Assembly (NCBI RefSeq): GCF_902652985.1
Contig: NC_047025.1
Location: 38,874,001 to 38,938,000, forward strand
DNA from: Pecten maximus
Taxonomy: Eukaryota
DNA: 64,000 nt
Reading direction: 5' to 3'
Shown here: positions 16,601 through 28,600 of the stretch, one piece after another
Position numbering within the stretch: position 1 is the stretch's first letter
Layout of the letters: every line of letters begins with the position of its first letter
The notes under the pieces: generated by a model
Database searches by the model: none
Seen by the model: only the letters and a program-made list of their open reading frames with translations
What the model was told of the DNA's origin: nothing
Translations under genes and position numbers: made by a program

Positions 16601-19600
16601 TTAACTAACATCCTGTGAGGGGTTACTGACCTCCTGTGAGGTGTTACTGACCTCCTGTGAGGTGTTACTGACCTCCTGTGAGGTGTTACTGACCTCCTGT
16701 GAGATGTTACTGACCTCCTGTGAGGTGTTACTGACCTCCTGTGAGGTATTACTAACATCCTGTGAGATATTACTGACCTCTTGTGAGGTGTTACTGACCT
16801 CCTGTGAGATATTACTGACCTCCTGTGAGATATTACTAACCTCCTGTGAGGTGTTACTGACCTCCTGTGAGGTGTTACTGACCTCCTGTGAGTGAGATAT
16901 TACTGACCTCCTGTGAGATATTACTGACCCTCTGTGAGATATTACTGACCTCCTGTGAGATATTACTGACCTCCTGTGAGATATTATTGACCTTCTGTGA
17001 GATATTATTAACATCCTGTGAGATATTACTGACCTCCTGTGAGATATTACTGACCTCCTGTGAGATATTATTGACCTTCTGTGAGATATTATTAACCTCC
17101 TGTGAGATATTACTAACCTCCTGTGAGTGGTGCACACTCTGTTTTTGGGCTGACTGCAGGTTAAGTTTGGCGACCCTGAGTTGACCTTCCCGTTCCACCA
17201 ACTCCTCTTTGAGCGCCATCTGTCGCTGGTGCATAGACTCAATGTCAGCACGCAGGTTAGAGATAAGCTCATCCTTGTCCTTGACCTATGGTTTTAATAG
17301 ATAATACAATAAGTACAAGGTGACATTTACCTTGACCTCTGACCTTTTATACTGAGGAAAACATCAACACACTTGGAACATGATCTCCTTTAATCAAAAT
17401 TACTATTTCCAGAAAAAGTACAAGAAAGTAAAAGTAAGGATATTGACTAAAATTTCTGGAATACGAATCATTTATACCGTGTTTGTGAGGTCGTTGATGT
17501 GTCTTTGGGCAGAATCAAAGTCATCCTGGAGGTCAGCATTATGTTTGCGTGTTGCTTGTAGATTTTTGGCGGTGTCCTGGTGTCTTTCCCGTTCCCCACG
17601 TATCTCCTGCTGTAGCTGGGTGAGGATCTGGTCCTGCTGCTCTACCTGTCAAATAGAATAATTAGACAGCTTTAGATAAGACACTACAGTACAGGTACGG
17701 AATGTTTTCACAGAACAAACCTTAATGCTGTAAATATTCAATAAATCCTAAGGAGTAACTCTCTATGCATAGTGATTATTCCATCACTACTTCATACCTG
17801 GTCACTAAGCATCTTCTCCTGCTCACGAGCGCCCTCTAACTCCACCTCGTATTTGTGAGCTTGCTGTTTGTATGCGAGGCCCTCCTGTACGGCCGAGTGA
17901 TGGTCTTCCTTCGAGTTGACTAGGTCCTTTCTGAGCTTGTCAATCATCGCTTTCTGTTCCTCAATCTCCTCCTCGTAACTTGTGTTACGTTCTCGTAGTG
18001 TCTTCACCTCCATCTGTAGTTTACGGTTGATCTGTTCATAACGGACAACCTCGGTGACCCGCTGACTTAGCTGGTCTTGTGTGGTCTGTAGACTCTGCTC
18101 CATCAACATCAACTTTTCCTCATGGTGGGCAAGCTTTAACGGAAACAGTCCATTATAAAATGAGTTTATGACAGTATATCAGGTACACTTGTATTAAATA
18201 AATGTTGTTTACCATATAAAACTTATTTTCTTTATTAAAATTACTGTTTATAGTGATACCTTCAAATACCAACACCCGGTATCTACCTACTACATGTATA
18301 CTTAGAGTGTGAAAACAGGAAGGGATGGCGGTTGGTGAGGGGGAGATAGCTGTAACAAAATGTGTAGTAGCTAAAATATATTAAACAGAACACATTTTAT
18401 TTGTTAGAAGTATCCCCTCAGAAAAAAATATCAATGCTGATAGTCATGATGAAATGATAATATAGTATTTGTACATTCTGATTAACAACACCCCGTGTAT
18501 CAACAGTGATAGATGTACAGCATTTGCTGTAAAACAGAAAAGTAAATACTGGGCAGGAAGTATTAACAGGTACAGCTGTATGACACATTTGGTAATTCAA
18601 CTATCTAAATACAAGGTTAAAGATCCTACACCTGCACTATGATACTTCCTTTTTGAACGACATTAAGAATCTATATGCCACACACCTTAGCTTTCTAACC
18701 TCAGGAAAAACTTTGGCTTCTAACAATGGATGATATAGGGAACATTAAACATAACAATGAGTAAGTGAATTCTTTATTACTGACATATTGGCCCAATTAA
18801 GGATTTTGTAATGAACAGTGTGACTTTGTATCTCTGATAAAAAAAAAAGTATGTCAAATCACTCTACTCTAAACACTTTGAACCAGTTACCACCAGAACT
18901 CGTGACTCAGATTTTGGAAATGTGCCTCTCTAGACTTCCATTAACTGTCCCGTTTTGTTGTGATCACCTAAATTTAAAACTAGGGTTCTTCTTCAGCTCT
19001 AATCTATTTATAAATGTGGTTAAAGGATCCATTACAGAGATTTCTGACTATTACAGAAGTACAGGCTCCCTTAAGTACCTGATATGTAATTAGCTGTGTC
19101 ATGATTTAAAGTGAAAACAAAATTAATTGAAAACTTAACCAAAGTCTTGTATATTCCTGTCAGATGTTTTCCTTCCTAGTGCTCATAGACACCCCCCAGA
19201 AGATCGTCAGAGATAAGTGTTAACCCTAAACAGACAATACTCCTACAATCTTTTGTAACTATCATTCCACGTATGCCTGAGGATAGTAAAAATCTCTTAC
19301 AATAAAATGTTTCCAATAAAAAATTCATAGCTCACAGCTTAAAACGGCTGATCGGAAAGCTTCACCAAGCAGTGTGTCAAGTATTAAGTTTAACATATGG
19401 AAAGTCAACACTTTATTTGATCAACAGAAATTGAATTTTAACCTTTGACCACAGAACATTATCCAGTTAGTTTCCAGTCAATTACTTTACAAACCCTACA
19501 GAGTGGAAAACAGCAGCAGTATATTGGCTTTTACTGTTTCTATAACATGTCGACTCCCAGATAACAGGGGCTCTGTAGTGGTTGTCCACCTAAATATACA

Positions 19601-22600
19601 CTGCATGTAATTTGATCTGGTCTTTGGAAGAACAATGACAAATGCTTTACCCTATCTAAATGACATAGTTGCTTATATCATGGTGTGAAATTTTTTATCG
19701 GTATAAATAATAGCTTAAAGAAAGTGGATGTTTTAACTTTATAAAAATCTAAATCATATCAATTCAAATTAATTTAGTCTTTTGCATTAAACAATAAGTA
19801 TGCATTCATAAAAACTAAAATTCAGCTAAAAACACAGAATTCCTTATCAGCATGCCTACCCTTCCATTGCGGTATTGAAAAGACCGGAGTCTGTCATCTA
19901 AATCCTCCCTCCAGTAAAAATCCATCATTTCTGGCTATATCAGGAGCATTTGGTCAAAAGTTGAACATTTTACCAACCATACTCCAATAGAGTCCTTGTA
20001 TGTTAGTTTTATATCCCTAACCCCGTGTATATCTAATACAGGCCTAGCCTTGTATCTCAATAGATTACACAGTAGTGTACTGTTTCCACTAAACTGTATT
20101 ATATGTCATAGATCACTGAGTTGTAATATATACCTATTTCAATAGATCCTCTGTGATTCTGTTTATTAATTTGACAAGAAATATATCACAGGAGTTTAGT
20201 TAGCTGGATTCCGTTATAACAATGTAGTGGAATGTGAGGTGTTCGGTGACCTATCAAAGGTCACCTGTCAATCCTAATGTACCCCAGTAAAAGAAACCAA
20301 TATTCACCTTAAAACATATAGGACATTAGTTTTCTCTTTGCCGACATAGCCAGATGTTTGTCCATTCTCCCACGAGACAGGTAACCCCCATCCCAATCCC
20401 ATGCAGGGACACACCACACCCCTTCCCAGCCCCAGGGATACACCACACCTCCCAGACCCAGGGACAGACCATACCTCTCCCAGCCCCAGGGACAGCTAGA
20501 CCACATCTATCCCAGCCCCAGGGACACACCACACCCCTCCCAGCCCCAGAGACACACCACACCCCTTTCCAGCCCAAGGGTCACACCACACACCTCCCAG
20601 CCCCAGGGACAGATCACATCCATCCCAGCCCCAGGTATGGATGACACAACACCTACCTCCTGTGCACAGTCTTTGTACTGTGCTCTGGCTTCAGACAGAT
20701 CCGTCTTCAGGTGCTCCACTTCACTCTGCAGCTCAGATCCCTGTAAAATGTTTAATATATAGGTTTACCATACCCAGTTAGTATTTATTGGAGATTTTAT
20801 AGTTATAAGCTACAACATTTACAGTCCGTGTAAGATTGACCATCATCAAAATGTTCACTTTTCAATCTGTAATTCATTTGCTTCTAAATAAAAACATCAA
20901 ACAAACCTTGTAACATGGTACTCACTTCGACAGGTACATGTACTCAATACGTATCTTTTTTAATAAGTTATTTCATCGTATGTACATAATGATTATATTA
21001 TACAAACCTGGTTCTCGGCTCTTTGCTTGGCTCCCTGGAGGTGACTGATTTCTATTTTCATATCTTTAATGTTCCCCTCCAGTTTCTCAATCTGGAAAAG
21101 TGAATTTTCGTATTCTCTTATAGTCATTTCCATACCAAAGTCGAGGCCCCCATTCAGGGGTTCTCGGCAAATCCCATACCTCTGGTCCATCTTCCTCATT
21201 TTCTCCTCAACACTACGACTGAAATCCATCCTTGTGAATTATCACAACAAAGCTTTCTCACAGTTTCGCCTCTCAGGCAAGTTATTAAAGGTAAAATCCT
21301 AGCTCGTTTTCAGTCTGAATTCCATGGTAATCCCATGCTGCTGATTGTTTTAATTTTTAAATAATTCCTCAAGCAGATATTAAAGGTAAAATCCTAGCTC
21401 GTTTTCAGTCTGAATCCCATGTTGCTGAATGTTTTAGTTAAATCCTACCCTAGTGTAGGGAGTATCAACCCCCAGTCACCACTGAGTAACCACTCTCCCT
21501 GTCGATAGCTATGACAAGTCGGCTGTTCACTCAACCGTGTACTTCCCTAATGATGTTCTGATGATTTAAATTTACTTAGTAAATAGATATGAAAAGGACA
21601 CTTCTGATATGATCTGTGTCAATAGTCTGAGGAACAACTACACACTTAGCACGATCCGATGATAATCAACGCTGAATAGCTGTAACTATCTAATAAAGCC
21701 TTTTACATTTACGAGAAAGTAACAAGGATCAACTGACAGAGAAGCTCTGTAAAGGTGAATTTTAATGTTTAATGTCTCAAATGTTCCCATACAGATTCAC
21801 TTACTGACCCCCAACAAAAACTTCTCCACAACAGATACAGCCAGGACAATGTGAAGATATCGCCGAGGACTATGAGAAGATTTTGGCGAGATTTTTTCGG
21901 GATATGTATTGGTTGTTTTGGGCCCTTCACTGACAACAGGGATTACAGAGATAACACTACATAACCTAGCCAGGGTTCCACACTCACAAGGAAAACTGTT
22001 TGGGTAGAATCTTTAATCCCCTACTCCATAGGTACTACACAAACTACCACAGAAGCTTGAGACAAATATTGACAGCAATCCTCAGACTTAGGTAGCACAT
22101 TTATACACTGATAAGATACCTTCACTGACAGACCGTCACAGAAATTCTTTGTTGTCCTGCCGCACCACATGCAATTGCCATGACAACAGAAATGAACACC
22201 TTGTCAAGGTAAATCCAGCACCAGGGTTACAATGAGCCTGACACAAATGTTCCATCAGCTCTCCAAGCCAACTATTGTTTGATAGTAGCATTATAGATTT
22301 CACATAATCCTCTTGGGAGTTAATCATAAAGCCAAATTTTACTACATCCGACCAGCATTTGTATACAGTTCTCCATCTCCCTACCGCCTGCTGTATCAGA
22401 CACAGCTTTCGTCATTACTAGTGGTGTAAGTGCAAAAAACAAACTAAAAAGTCACAAGCAGCATACTGATCTAACTGTATATCCTGAAATGTCTTTAAGA
22501 ATTCTCTTCTATCTTCCTCTCTGAATCCAGCAAATAATTAGAAATGGTGAAAAAAACTTGCCACTACCCGATCACAGTCTAGGTTCCACTAATCCCCAAC

Positions 22601-25600
22601 GTTAGGTCGGGCTCTGTAAATGACCAAAGTTTGTGCCCGGACTAACTGGAAGCCTTTATCATGAGGAATTCCTAAATTTGTACTTCAATAGCTCACACCA
22701 TGTGTCCCTAACTATCTCCAGCTATAGAGTTTCTTTTGGGTTGAATGGGACACCTATCTTAAATCAATAAGATAGTAGCGTGCTAGGTTGTGAGACCAAT
22801 AGGTATAACGGGCAATGTTACTGTATAGAGGTACACGCCTCACTGCCCCCTAAAGGGCTCCCCTCACATCTCAACACTATACAATTATAAAACAATTTGA
22901 CACAGTTCAATAGGATATTTAGTATATTACTCTATTGACGTTTAAGCTGCAGGACTAGTTTTTGTAAGAATTTAAACCAATATGCTGCATATCAACACTG
23001 TAGCAAATTGTTTCTACTTGATCAGATTTCTATTAAACACATATGAAAGTATCAAACCCAATAGAAACTAAATTCCTAGTCTAAGAATTCCATTTTATAG
23101 CATTCACCTCAAAACATGATTGTTATTATCAGACAAATGGTGCTTATTGAACAGAGTCGTAGCCTGACAGCTTCACACTGGTTATTATCACTGACTACTG
23201 AGTAACACTATAGTATAGACAGAGTCGTAGCCTGACAGCTTCACACTGGGTATTATCACTGACTACTGAGTAACACTATAGTATAGACAGAGTCGTAGCC
23301 TGACAGCTTCACACCGGTTATTATCATTGACTACTGAGTAACACTATAGTATAGACAGAGTCGTAGCCTGACAGCTTCACACTGGGTATTATCACTGACT
23401 ACTGAGTAACACTATAGTATAGACAGAGTCCTAGCCTGACAGCTTCACACTGGGTATTATCACTGACTACTGAGTAACACTATAGTATAGACAGGAGTCG
23501 TGTGGCCACTTTATCTCACAAAATATCAGTATTCAATCTACATATTAAGTTTTCTGAGATACAGAATAGAATCATGCAGTGATTACTGAAGGCTGTTTAT
23601 ACAGAAGAAGGTTGATGAGACGAAGGACATATTGACAGAGATTGACACGGTACATATTGACGAAGGACATATTGACGAGGGACATATTGACGAAGGACAT
23701 ATTGACGAAGGACATATTGACCGAGATTGACAGAGGACATATTGAAGGAGGACATATTGACGAGGGACATATTGACAGCTAGACATATTATTGACGGAGG
23801 ACATATTGACTTGATTCCCGTCCCACTGACACTGAGAATATTAATGAAGATTATCTATATATTAAACACACTGTATTATTGTGATTTTGTATGAAGATTT
23901 AATCTAGGATTATAATAAAACCACCAGGATTATATTCCACAAATCACTAATAGAACTATTGGTTCTAATTAAAACAACATAACTACTTATAACAACAAAT
24001 ACATAGCTGAGTTGTCGAATGACTAATAATAATTATCAAAAGTCTTTGAATGTAATCTGTTGTCCCTGTATTTGAGTAAATCCTGTACTGGCAAGATTAG
24101 ATTCATTAGATAATTGACATTCGGACATTGAGGACTATCTCAGATCTGTGTGCTGACTTTTATCAGTGGACAAATATTTAACTACCTCAGCTACTAGTGG
24201 TCAAATCAGCTGAATTACAACCAACAGAACATCACCAATATATATATATGTATAGTACTGGTTCCCTGACTTTGCTAGTAACCAAGTATATATATATATA
24301 CAAATGTATACATAGTTTAGCTAAAAATTTTGATAGGATATGTTAAACAAATTTTAGAAATAATTTTATTCAGTGTTACATTTTTCCACAGGTAACGAAC
24401 AAATAAGAAAAGTAAGATATATTCTACCTAATTACAGAGAACAATAGCCATGATAACAGAGAACAATAGCCATGATAACAGAGAACAATAGCCATGATAA
24501 CAGCGAAAAATAACCATGGTAACAGACAACTGTAGACAACATTAAGTCTTTAGCTTAATGCATTGCAATTTCCATCAAATCAACTGTTAAATAACCTACA
24601 CAGATATAATCACTATCCCCCGATGTTAACAGAAACACCATGCATGAACCCTTTGATATTTACAGGAATTCAATCTACATGTTTTGTTTATAAAATTTAC
24701 ATGTTTTTATGGGTTTTTTTCTCTAATCATTTTTTAACCATTTTCAGAACAACCACTGGAATCAGTAAACATATCTATGTCTACCCACTGAGGCAGTTAT
24801 CCTCAGGTATTCTGTAAATACCACAGGATCCAATAGGTGTCCTTTTCACTCACTGTAATTTATGGATCACAAGGATGATAAAAGTGAATATCACTAGAGA
24901 CTACTGGATGTTGATCTGTCACATTAAATGTCCATTTCTACAGAGCAGTGGAAGGTTGACACTATATGTTTCTATTCTGTATGTTACATTAAATGTCCAT
25001 TTCTACAGAGCACCAGTAGGTAGACACTATATGTTTCTATTTTGTATGTTAAGTTTAGATCTGTCATAAAATGTTAAAATCTTCAACTACCGCATGAGGT
25101 AAGCAAGGTTTTCAATACAATGATTTTCAAACAACTAGTTATCAAAATGGAGTTATGTGGGGAAGAACAATGTGCTTATATCTTTTTTTTGCTCTTGTTT
25201 ATTTGATCAACAATCATAATAAAAGATGTTGTAAAAAGCTGTATTCTGTACTTAAATAATGAATACTTGGATAATTTTTGCCAAGAGAAATAATACAGCA
25301 ATCACATGTAATTGGTTTAATTAAACTGACTGTCCTAACGACCTAATTAAACAGACTGTCCTAACGACCTGTTGGGTACATGTAGATAATAACTAAGCTA
25401 ACTTATGGTACATTTACAAGGTGTATTTAACAATGGACGGATTTCTTTGAGCAGGATATTTTTGTCACCATTTATTGACACAGGTAAAATAAATTGATGG
25501 CAGAATATGATAAAAGGTGCCGCTACCTGACACAGGTATACTACCTGTCCCCAGTCAGGTTCAGACGTGTATCCCCAGTCACTGGTGGGAAAATTACATT

Positions 25601-28600
25601 GACACCAGGTAAACATGATCAGACATGTTGGTCTAACCTGGGCCACAAAATCTCTCAAAACTGCTGGAATTACTTCCCTTTATTACCAGTGTCTTTGGGA
25701 AATACAGAAGAGTGCTCTCCCTTGCTATCATTTATCATTGAAAATATCTCCATACCACCAGACCAAAATCATACATATTTTGATTTCTATTTCAATTTCT
25801 TTGGAAATGTTAATGAACTTTTCATACATGTTAATCAATCACTAGATCTAAACTAATAACAGTGACATTACCTCTTCCATCTTGCCAGCAATGTCGCTGC
25901 GGCAGGTTTTGACTTCTGATTCACTCTGGATGAGTTGTTCCTGACGATGACCCAGCTCCTGTTCCACGGCCTGGCCACGTGCCTGAGTTTGCCGCAGTTC
26001 AGCCTCAAGGTGAGACAGTTGGTCCTGAAGGCGATTTGTGTCAGACTTGTGGCGCTGGTGAGATGTCGCAAGGTTAAGCTGCAGCTGCTGAATACTCTGT
26101 TCCAGGCGATCATTCTGGAAAAATAACAAGGGCATAAGATTTTAGAGGAGTTTAGTTTATATACTTACTTCAAAATTATCTTTGATTTTTTAGAGAAATA
26201 AAAACAAAAATCTTCGATCAATTCCAATATGGTATTTTTACATAAACACAAATGACAATTTTGTGACCCTAAACACTTTGATGATGAAAACAAAATAAAT
26301 ACCTCCTTCATGGCACTGTTTTTCTGTTCCCGGACTGAGGCAAGTTCAACCTTTAGATCATTGATTTGGTCCTGTTGGTCAGACATCTGACGAAGTTTGG
26401 CCTGAAGTTCACCTCTGGTCTCCTCTAAGGCCATGTCCAGGTGGGCTATCTTGTCCTCCTTGTCCAGGTACTGAAGCAGAAACGAGGTAACTCTAGATAA
26501 CTAAAGACTTCAATACACTTCACATCAATATCTCCATCAACTTATGTGATGTTGGCTAGTATTTCAATTTGAAATTTGAATAGATTTGATAGAGGAAAAA
26601 GTTTCCATTTTCAAAATTTTCCAAATAAACCATGCCACAATAGGTTTGATTATGGTGAGTTGTGACTTTTATCCTGTACAGGCGTGTCTTACCTCCTGGT
26701 CTGTGTGGCTGTGCTCTCCCTGGTAGGTGTAAAGCTCATTCTCCAGTTTCTTAGCATGCTCTTCATGGGTAAGAGACTAAAATAGAAATACAATTCTCGT
26801 TAAAATCCTTTTCCAACTCAAATAAAACAATGAGAAATACAATTCTCGTTAAAATCCTTTTCCAACTAAAATAAAACAATGACCCGCAGTGATCCACATT
26901 GATTTCTCTGACAGGACAGTGTTACCTACCTCTGACAGAACTGTGTTACCTACCTCTGACAGGACTGTGTTACCTACCTCTGACTGGACTGTGTTACCTA
27001 CCTCTGACAGGACTGTGTTACCCACCTCTGACAGGACTGTGTTACCTACCTCTGACAGGACAGTGTTACCTACCTCTGACAGGACAGTGTTACCCACCTC
27101 TGACAGGACTGTGTTACCCACCTCTGACTGGACTGTGTTACCTACCTCTGACAGGACAGTGTTACCTACCTCTGACAGGACTGTGTTACCTACCTCTGAC
27201 AGGACAGTGTTACCCACCTCTGACAGGACAGTGTTACCCACCTCTGACAGGACAGTGTTACCCACCTCTGACAGGACAGTGTTACCCACCTCTGACAGGA
27301 CTGTGTTACCTACCTCTGACAGGACTGTGTTACCTACCTCTGACAGGACAGTGTTACCTACCTCTGACAGGACTGTTACCTACCTCTGACAGGACTGTGT
27401 TACCTACCTCTGACAGGACTGTGTTACCTACCTCTGACAGGACTGTGTTACCTACCTCTGACAGGACTGTGTTACCTACCTCTGACAGGACTGTGTTACC
27501 CACCTCTGACAGGACTGTGTTACCTACCTCTGACAGGACTGTGTTACCTACCTCTGACAGGACAGTGTTACCTACCTCTGACAGGACTGTTACCTACCTC
27601 TGACAGGACTGTGTTACCTACCTCTGACAGGACAGTGTTACCCACCTCTGACAGGACTGTGTTACCTACCTCTGACAGGACAGTGTTACCTACCTCTGAC
27701 AGGACAGTGTTACCCACCTCTGACAGGACAGTGTTACCCACCTCTGACAGGACTGTGTTACCCACCTCTGACTGGACTGTGTTACCTACCTCTGACAGGA
27801 CAGTGTTACCTACCTCTGACAGGACAGTGTTACCCACCTCTGACAGGACTGTGTTACCTACCTCTGACAGGACAGTGTTACCTACCTCTGACAGGACAGT
27901 GTTACCCACCTCTGACAGGACAGTGTTACCCACCTCTGACAGGACAGTGTTACCCACCTCTGACAGGACAGTGTTACCCACCTCTGACTGGACAGTGTTA
28001 CCTACCTCTGACAGGACTGTGTTACCTACCTCTGACAGGACAGTGTTACCCACCTCTGACAGGACTGTGTTACCTACCTCTGACAGGACAGTGTTACCCA
28101 CCTCTGACAGGACAGTGTTACCCACCTCTGACTGGACTGTGTTACCTACCTCTGACAGGACTGTGTTACCCACCTCTGACTGGACTGTGTTACCTACCTC
28201 TGACAGGACTGTGTTACCCACCTCTGACTGGACTGTGTTACCTACCTCTGACAGGACTGTGTTACCTACCTCTGACAGGACTGTGTTACCCACCTCTGAC
28301 AGGACAGTGTTACCCACCTCTGACTGGACTGTGTTACCTACCTCTGACAGGACTGTGTTACCCACCTCTGACTGGACTGTGTTACCTACCTCTGACAGGA
28401 CAGTGTTACCTACCTCTGACAGGACTGTGTTACCCACCTCTGACTGGACTGTGTTACCTACCTCTGACAGGACTGTGTTACCCACCTCTGACTGGACTGT
28501 GTTACCTACCTCTGACAGGACAGTGTTACCTACCTCTGACAGGACTGTGTTACCCACCTCTGACTGGACTGTGTTACCCACCTCTGACTGGACTGTGTTA

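Noticed and set aside
21283-21418. ~38-bp direct duplication upstream of the w30 extension
   Set aside because: A two-copy local duplication with no recognisable motif; no function can be supported.
23151-23493. Regularly spaced repeats here and elsewhere as a CRISPR array
   Set aside because: Units are head-to-tail with no unique spacers, there are no cas genes, and the context is a eukaryotic intron.
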